From Octopus sinensis (Eukaryota): 64,000 nucleotides of DNA. The notes under the pieces were generated by a model, which ran no database searches, was not told where the DNA came from, and saw nothing but the letters and a program-made list of their open reading frames with translations. How positions within the stretch are numbered: position 1 is the first letter of the stretch; every line of letters begins with the position of its first letter. This document shows positions 55,761 through 64,000 of the stretch, piece after piece. The stretch is from assembly GCF_006345805.1 (NCBI RefSeq), contig NC_043003.1, forward strand, positions 99,014,001 through 99,078,000, read 5' to 3'. Both the position numbers and the translations under genes were made by a program.

Positions 55761-56639
55761 CAGTAATCCCTCGACTCTCATGGGTGTCACGTTCCAAAAA
55801 AAACCGCGATAGGTGAAAACCAGCGAAGTAGAAACAATACTGTATATTTTTTATTTAATTTTTATAGTTTATATTTATTTTATTATACATGCAAAACAAC
55901 ACCACACAATCGCCTCCCGAGTTTCATTTTCCATACAGTATGCACGTTTCTTTGTTTACTCATCTACGGTACACTCTTTTACTCTTTTACTTGTTTCAGT
56001 CATTTGACTGCGGCCATGCTGGGGCACCGCCTTTAATCGAGCAACTCTACCCCGGTACTTATTCTTTTGTAAGCCCAGTACTTATTCTATCGGTCTCTTT
56101 TGCCGAACCGCTAGGTAACGGGGACATAAACACACCAGCATCGGTTGTCAAGCAATGCTAGGGGGACAAACACAGACACACAAACACACACATGCATATA
56201 TATATATATACATATATACGACGGGCTTCTTTCAGTTTCCGTCTACCAAATCCACTCACAAGGCTTTGGTCGGCCCGAGGCTATAGTAGAAGACGCTTGC
56301 TCAAGATGCCACGCAGTGGGACTGAACCCGGAATCATGTGGTTGGTAAACAAGCTACTTACCACACAGCCACTCCTGCGCCTACGTATTTTCTTATAATA
56401 TATTTTAATTAATGTGTTATGCAGTGCAGTACTGTATTGTATTTTTATTTATTAATTTATAAATTTATAGACGTGAAAATGCTTATAATTAGAATCTAAA
56501 AAAATATAACTATCCCTCTGCCGCAGAAATCTGTGATATACTGAGGAAACCGCGATATAAATTTACATATATCATCAGAAAAAATCCGTGATGTACTGAG
56601 GGCGTGATAGGTGAACTGCGACATGACAAAGGATCACTG
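55761..56639. mobile_element. Tigger/pogo-like MITE interrupted by a SINE A (55972-56383, -)
   Basis: ta-cagtaatccctcg left end, caaaggatcactg right end, repeated subterminal ccgcgata motifs. Confidence 0.65.
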
Positions 56640-56740
56640 ATTGCAAATTAAATATAATTTGGGCATTAAATATAAAAATTCTAATTTTCAGACCTATGTT
56701 CCAAACTTTTGGGCACGACTGTCATCTTAGTGGAGACAGT

Positions 56741-56956
56741 ACTCTCTTTTACTCTTTTACTTGTTCCAGTCATTTGACTGCGACCATGCTGGAGCACCGC
56801 CTTTAATCGAGTAACTCGACCCCGGGACTTATTCTTTGTAAGCCCAGTACTTATTCTATCGGTGTCTTTTGCTGAACCGCTAAGTGACGGGGACATAAAC
56901 ACACCAGCATCGGTTGTCAAGCAAAGCTAGGGGGACAAATACAGACACACAAACAT

Positions 56957-57039
<83 letters not shown>

Positions 57040-57220
57040 CATATATACATATATACGACGAGCTTCTTTCAGTCTCCGTCTACCAAATCCACTCACAAGG
57101 CTTTAGTCGGCCCGAGGCTATAGTAGAAGACACTTGCCCAAGTTGCCACGCAGTGGGACTGAACCCTGAACCATGTGATTGGTAAGCAAGCTACTTACCA
57201 CACAACCACTCCTGCGCCTA
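56741..57220 (-). mobile_element. SINE A, full length
   Basis: Family consensus match. Confidence 0.9.
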
Positions 57221-57450
57221 TATGTACACACATTGCAATAAACATCCGTATACGGGAGCATATTTATCTTTACTTTGAATTTTCCTTTCCAATGGTTGTG
57301 GCCACGCTGGGGCACCGCTATTAGAGTGATTGCAAGATTATTTGAACTCATGTCCTCAATCCCCTCTCTGGCTTTGTGTTTGGCGAATCAGTGAGTTTGA
57401 CAAAACTGACCTCGTATGCGTTTCTTGCTGTGGTGAGGCTTCATGGAGAG

Positions 57451-57665
57451 CAGTGGCTCCTAAACTGGGGAGTACTCCCCCCACCCCCCACCCCCGTCCA
57501 CTGGGGTGAGAGAAAGATTCAAAATAATGGATTCATTTGTTTAATTTTTGGGGAAATACTGTTCTCGTGAATTTGCTGTTGAAAATGGGCTACGTTCGTA
57601 ATGGTGAGTGGGGGTGGGTGCTAGAAATGTGACCTGTGCAGCCTGAAAATGTTTGGGAACCACTG
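57451..57665. mobile_element. hAT/Charlie-like MITE
   Basis: TIRs cagtggctcctaaac / gtttgggaaccactg; 8-bp flanks atggagag / atctagtg match at 5 of 8. Confidence 0.7.
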
Positions 57666-57766
57666 ATCTAGTGTCTCGGATAAACATTTATTGAATTAGT
57701 CTCTGAAAACGTCCTTACATGTACATGTATAGTTACAGGTATAAATATGTATGTATATAAATATAT

Positions 57767-57837
<71 letters not shown>

Positions 57838-57970
57838 CACATATATGTGTGCGTGTCTTTCTAAATATTTACATATATATATAATTCTTAAACTGGAGTG
57901 TTGTAAACAGTGACTTCGAAGTTTCGGTCAGCTAAGCCATAGCATAAAAACGAACATTATATACTTGCGC

Positions 57971-58070
<100 letters not shown>

Positions 58071-58118
58071 GTGTATAAATCTATGTACATAGCTCCTCGC
58101 AATAAAGATAAACATACA

Positions 58119-58152
<34 letters not shown>

Positions 58153-58153
<1 letters not shown>

Positions 58154-58410
58154 CTGTCAAGTGTAAACATAAGTGGCCGGATATCGTCTTAGAGGTCAGC
58201 TGTCCTGCTGGTGTTGATTTCTCTTTGAAAATCAAAGAGAAATAAGATAACTATGGACAATCGCTTCGAGACTCTATCCGGATTACAAATTTACATTCAT
58301 ACTAATAAGAATTGGAGCACTTGGTTTTGAAAGTAAATGCCTAACCTTCAGTCTGGATAAGCTTGGATTTTCAGAAAAAGGAATCAACCAAATATGATAC
58401 AGCCCAAAAT
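58153..58410 (+). mobile_element. R4/Dong-like RLE fragment
   Basis: KCKHKWPDIVLEVSCPA..DNYGQ..LYPDYKFTFI..IGALGF; homologous to 43918-44260. Confidence 0.75.
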
Positions 58411-58420
58411 ATTAAGATAC

Positions 58421-58820
58421 TAGGCGCAGGAGTGGCTGTGTGGTAACTAGCTTGCTTACCAAACACATGGTTCCGGGTTCAGTCCCACTGTGTGGCATCT
58501 TGGGCAAGTATCTTCTGCTATAGCCCGGGCAGACCAATGCCTTGTGAGAGGATTTGGTAGGCGGAAACTGAAAGAAGCCTGTCGTATATATGTATATATA
58601 TATGTATATGTGTGTGTGTGTTTGTCCCCCTAGCATTGCTTGACAACCGATGCTGGTATGTTTACGTCACCGTCACTTAGCGGTTCGGCAAAAGAGACCG
58701 ATAGAATAAGTACTGGGCTTACAAAGAATAAGTTCCGGGGTCGATTTGCTCGACTAAAGGCGGTGCTCCAGCATGGCCGCAGTCAAATGACTGAAACAAG
58801 TAAAAGCATAAAAGCAAAAG
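58421..58820 (+). mobile_element. SINE A, full length
   Basis: taggcgcaggagtggctgtgtgg head, gggttcagtcc B box, full tail. Confidence 0.92.
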
Positions 58821-58827
58821 CAAGCAC

Positions 58828-59040
58828 TAGATGAAGAAGAAAGAGTAAGCAATCGGAAAATGGAATCACTGCATGAGCAATACCTTAGAGAAATCGAAGG
58901 AAAAGGCAAGACCAAAACATAGGGTAGCTAAGAAAACGTGATCTGAAAGGATGCACTGAGACATTGATATGCAGCGCCCAGGAACGAGTTCTGAAAACTA
59001 ATTACGCTAAGTTCCAAATAGCAAAACTTGCAGAGATTAG
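58828..59040 (+). mobile_element. R4/Dong-like post-RT fragment
   Basis: SLHEQYLREI..DLKGCTETLICSAQERVLKTNY resembles LHGQ..LKxETExxIxAAQEQAL. Confidence 0.7.
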
Positions 59041-59602
59041 CTGTTCAGGAAAACTACATTATAAGTATTATATGTCAGCTTTTCCCCCGTCGGAACCTAA
59101 CTTACAAGGAATCTGCTTGCACATAATCACACAATTTAAAAAATATTTTAACTGTCCTTACCTCCACCTCCGCTACCCCATCAAACTCCACCCATCTACA
59201 CTAGTCCGTCCTTTCCCCGTCTCTAGTCAACAATCAAATATGCAAACTAGCGTGGATCTTTTGCCGCCTGCGTCCTATCATACAAATTACTGGCTTAAAC
59301 AGACCAATCCAAGGTGTATAACTCCGACGGACTAAATGAGCCTCTCTTGTCCGTTTCTTTTCGGTTTGGGTCTATGTGTTTTCATCCATGAATTTCGATC
59401 CGGTCTCTTACAGCTTAAGACCTATAAACCGGATGTAGTGCTTCCAAGCCTCCGGTATATCAAACAGCCAAGGCCATACTGTTCCATTCATTAATTTTTG
59501 ATGACTGCTGGATTTGCCTTTCTGTTTCTGACATGAAACCACTTGGTAAACTGGCCGCCATGAGACAATAGTAATAATAATGATGATGATGATGATGATA
59601 AA

Positions 59603-60157
59603 ATGCCCTGATACAGTACCAGGCAGTGGCTCTCATGGCTTCTGATCTTAACTGATTGGAAGTGTTATCGTGTACATTGTTTTGCCTTGGTATAAAAGAT
59701 GGGCTACAGCAAATATTCTGCTCAATACCACAGATTTGCTTGTTAGTGTTTGACCTTAACCAGTTGAGCATGTCCCTTAGTGGTTGACGATATGTGCATC
59801 TCTGATCACGAGCAGAAGTAGTGGGGGAGCATCATAGCCGTGTGTTGGGAAGGATTCTTTGGGGTTTGAAAAATTCACCTCTGGAAACAAGGGTGTTTTG
59901 TTCAACATCCTTAAACAACCCTTATTCAGGGACCTTTTGAACAGGATGGACTATTCAACCTGAAGACAATTCTAACTGGGTCCCACCTGCAAGGTCATGT
60001 GCTGTTTATCTTGATATGAGATCACTATGTCGCGCACATATGGTTGTGATGCATGTGCCTAGTGTACCCTTATCAGACGAGTAGTCACGATGGGTATACT
60101 GGGCTTCGTATATTTCACCCTAGTGTCACTTTGATGACATGCACTGCTCTCTCACTC
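59603..60157 (+). mobile_element. Element D, copy 2
   Basis: Collinear with 26954-27507; (TGA)n upstream, (TAA)n downstream. Confidence 0.8.
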
Positions 60158-60193
<36 letters not shown>

Positions 60194-60504
60194 CGTAATA
60201 ATTGGTACGTCACTATTGTTTTAACGGTACGTCACACGTATTGAGGATATCATTTCCGCTGTGAATTTTCTTTCCTTTTTCTCCCTTGATTTTATTTGTT
60301 TACCTTTCTTCTCCTTTTTCTCTCTGTCTTCTCATTTTTCTCTATCCCATGACTTTCTAAATGAACAATCTGGTGTGTTTATCTTAATAGCCTGCCAATG
60401 TATACTGTACGTTTCTCTGCCCTATATGTCAGGATGATACTCGGCAAGAAATGGAAACAAAATTGAAAGATGCTAATGAAAATAATAATAATAACAATAA
60501 TAAT

Positions 60505-60716
60505 TCTTCCGACTATAGGCACAAGGCCTGAAATTTCGGGGAAGGGGGTTAACTAGTCGATTACTTCCACCCCAGTGCTCGACTGGTACTTATTTTATCG
60601 ATCCCGAAAGGATGAAAGGCAAAATCGACCCCAGCGGATTTTGAAATCAGAATGTATAAAGACTGAAGAAACACTGCTAAGCATTTCGTCCGGCGTGCTA
60701 ATGATTCTGCCAGCTC
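60505..60716 (-). mobile_element. SINE B
   Basis: Family consensus match. Confidence 0.85.
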
Positions 60717-60717
60717 A

Positions 60718-61490
60718 ATAACAATTTGTTTATAAGCCACAGGGGCATAGAGGAAGGGAACATCACAAGGGCAGTAAACAATTTGCGTGTGAATTTACGT
60801 AAAGGATGGGGTGGGCAGAAGTGGAAAGGACAGTGAAATGTGATAAACGTATACATAGTATACCAAGTATGTGATAACATGAATAATACAGTCCTCTTGA
60901 TACAGGAGAAATTCTAACTAGAGCCAATCAAGGGACTCCACGAATCCAGGATTACCATGATCACCAGAGGTACGAGCCCTTTCTCCTGCCCTCCAGTTTA
61001 CAGGCGTATACTTATATATTTCTTTACTACCCACAAGGGGTTAAACACAGAGGGAACAAACAAGGACAGAGAAAGAGGTTAAGTCGATTACATCGACCCC
61101 AGTGCGTAACTGGTACTTAATTTATCGACCCCGAAAGGATGAAAGGCAAAGTCGACCTAGGCGGAATTTGAACCCAGAACGTAACGGCAGTCGAAATACG
61201 GCTACGCATTTCGCATTCTAATCATTTTTGTCACGGTCAACCATCTTTTCATAAATTCACTGGGTGATGGCATTTCCCTCTTCACACTCATTTTCCTTTC
61301 CAAGTAGAACCTTAAAACGTCGATGAGGGCTTAACCGAACGTCTTTCCTCTATCCTTTCAGCCTTGTCTACTACTCAGCTTCTTTCGCCATAGCCACTAT
61401 ACAGAAGAACACCGCCTGCCCTGCCTTGTTAAAGGTCGGTGGTGGATTCGGCCGATAATCGAGAATCGTCCCACACATGATGACAGCTGT
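60718..61490 (-). mobile_element. Second L1/Tx1-like 3' fragment, interrupted by a Tx1-tailed SINE B (61017-61212)
   Basis: 61270-61430 aligns by eye with 37500-37660; terminus gcccctgtggcttataaa. Confidence 0.6.
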
Positions 61491-61574
61491 TCGATAATAA
61501 TTGTAATAATGACGATGCTGATGATGACGTCTGTATGTAACTTAACTAGCAGTTCTCCAGATATGCTGAGGAGT

Positions 61575-61866
61575 GTTCCAGATGATCCGATCAACTGAAT
61601 AACCTGCACGCGAAATTAGCTTGCAAATGGTTGAGCATCCCACAGACACGCGTAACCTCCACGTAATTCTCAGAGAGACTGAGCATGACACAATATATGG
61701 ACAAGACTGGCATTTTCCAAATTAAAGGAACAACTCATATTACCAGCTGAGTGGACTGGAGCAGCGTGAAATAAAGTGTCTTGGTCAAGGACATAACACA
61801 CCACAGGGCATCGAAGTCACGACCGTACGGTCGTAAGCCGACTACCCTAGCCACTAAGCCACGCAC
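61575..61866 (-). mobile_element. SINE C, diverged
   Basis: Homologous to 39176-39500. Confidence 0.78.
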
Positions 61867-61893
61867 TTTCACATGTATATATGTATATATGTA

Positions 61894-61937
<44 letters not shown>

Positions 61938-62814
61938 TGCATACAATTTATGATAAGTTCTATGATATGATTAAGAACATTATAAAGCAAACCTCAGGTA
62001 TTAGTTAATTTTGGTTACAGAAGATTTATGTATTAAATTCCCACTAACACAATTATTTTTAAAACTTTTAAATCTTAAGTTCTTAAATTAAGAGCAGCCG
62101 CATTTAAACAAATAATGAGCATAATAATAGCAACGTTACATAGATTAATAATTATAGAGGGAAATTAATCTTCGCCTACTAAATTAAAGCAATAATTTAT
62201 TAAATCATTGATTCTTTAAGGTATTTAATCCCGTCTTCCGAGCTATGTAAATATCCTCTCTGTTCTTCTAAATGGGTTCCTTTATAATTTAAGAAAGAAA
62301 AGCTGCAACACTTCACTGGTTGTCATAATTAGACAAATATTTATTTCCTCCCTTAAGGGATATACCCCACACATGAATATTTATTTGTATGAAGGTTTTG
62401 TTTCAACATGTTAGTAATAGGAGAAGGGGTAGTATTGTTGATTGGCGAATTAATGCGGTTGATGTTGCACTTGAGCATCTAGAGATCAATGTCTACAAAT
62501 GTATTTGATCCAAATGTTTAGAAGGGAGTAAATATTTGGAGCATTTACTACACAACTCTAATTACTAGCTTGGTGGTATTAAACAGGACGGCATGTAAAA
62601 AGAATGTCAAAATTGTATTTAACTTTTTAAAACCCCAACCATAAATTAAATATAGGTGAACATGTAGTTTTTGGCCGAAGAAAGGGAAAGAAAATTGCTC
62701 TAAAAATAATCTAAGTAAATTGCGAGAGAAACCAGAAGTGACGTTAGGGAAATCACATAATTTCATGCAAGCAATGTATGTGACCGTAACCAATGTATAG
62801 AACCTTCTACTTAT

Positions 62815-63290
62815 TTCTTGCTTTATGCTCTTATTTGCTGGGGCTGTGGTCATCCTAGGCTAGTGGTTCCAGAGACGTCGTCATGAGTAGAGCCGACCAG
62901 ATCCACAGTACTCTCCATCGCCGGCGGTCCTCTGCCAGCCCCTCTGCATCCTCCAAGGTGACGTCGAGCCTCAGGAGATCTTATTCACGTCCAGCCATCT
63001 GGTGCGGGCCTGCTACGAGTCCTCTTCCAGCCTGCGACGATGCTGCGTCGGAAGAGAGTAAAGCCCTAGTAAGATGTTCTAGCGGGAGACGGAAGACACG
63101 CAAATACCAGCGCATGCTGGTATGAGGTGGGAGGCTAAGGGCTGATGCGTGCACGCGCACAATTCTTTGTTAAATACGCAACATTGCCATCACAGATGAC
63201 CGAGAGAAGTCCTAGACGGAAGAAGCAGAGCACCTGGTGGGTATATACATTGGAAAGGTGGAGCTTAGCTTCTGTAGGTGTCCGGAGACG
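62815..63290 (-). mobile_element. RTE LINE 3' fragment
   Basis: RWYLRVFRLP, GWKRTRSRP, DLLRLDVTLEDAEGLAEDRRRWR followed by a short 3' UTR. Confidence 0.75.
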
Positions 63291-63559
63291 TAAAATAATA
63301 AAGGAATTTTTTATATTCATTTTATGAAACTTTAGGATGTCACTGCCGTAGCTTCCGTTGTCGCACTTTATTTTTAAATGATTTTAAGACTATTTATTTT
63401 CACTTTTTTACGTTCTTAAGCTACATGTTAACCTAAAAGAAAAATAATGTTAGTTGATGGTATAATATTAGATTTTCGAAATTTCTGGCAAATGTGGAAG
63501 GCAACTCCCGTTTTCCACGTCTCAAACAACGTTTTTAAATTCTCAAACATTAATAGCAT

Positions 63560-63738
63560 AATCATCATCGGGATGCCCACCACCACCACCACCACTGCCA
63601 CCATCTCCACAAACACCACAACCATCGTCACCGCCGTCTCCACCACCACCACCGCCGCCGCCACCATCATTTTCACATACACGACCGTCGTTACCACAGC
63701 CATCCGCCATCATCATAAGAATCCGCGTCACTACTGGC

Positions 63739-63770
<32 letters not shown>

Positions 63771-63992
63771 CCACAAACACCAACCATCTCTAATATAACC
63801 ACCACCGCTACTATGATCCTCATCATCGCCACCATAACCACCGCTACCACAACCGCTGAAAACGACAATCATTATCCCCAGCACCAGCGCCACCATGGAG
63901 ACCAAAACCATAATCATCACCACAGTAATTCTCACGGCTACCATTACTATAACTACCACCACCCCCAACACCACCACCACCAACAACAACCA
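63560..63992. repeat. Degenerate (CAC/CAA/CAT)n trinucleotide low-complexity tract
   Basis: Direct. Confidence 0.85.
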
Positions 63993-64000
63993 AAACTGGC

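Noticed and set aside
58421-58490. tRNA gene calls for SINE heads
   Set aside because: A/B boxes are present but no complete cloverleaf is evident, and they continue into SINE bodies
63428-63989. Val/Gly-rich ORFs
   Set aside because: Trinucleotide low-complexity tract; no splice or domain evidence

Overview
AT-rich eukaryotic non-coding DNA, very likely from an Octopus/coleoid cephalopod (inferred from the SINE families and the extreme (TA)n/(CA)n/(TACA)n/(TAGA)n/(TAA)n load). No intact host protein-coding gene, tRNA, rRNA or CRISPR array is supported; the ORF track is almost all microsatellite or transposon noise. The window is a nested transposon graveyard: three tRNA-headed SINE groups (here called A, B, C), decayed Penelope-like (GIY-YIG), HERO/R2-like, R4/Dong, CRE, L1/Tx1, RTE and CR1-like LINE fragments, a full-length but dead mariner, several MITEs and a Helitron end. 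Most notable: (1) a series of type I hammerhead ribozyme motifs on Penelope pseudo-LTRs sitting in (TA)n tracts, three with a compensatory U3-A8 core and one in the loop of a 159-bp-arm palindrome; (2) a U6 snRNA/LINE-tail chimeric retrocopy; (3) a SINE that repeatedly inserts at the same nucleotide of its own tRNA-derived head; (4) a 555-bp non-coding element found twice inside (TAA)n tracts. All calls were made by eye and coordinates of degenerate elements are approximate.
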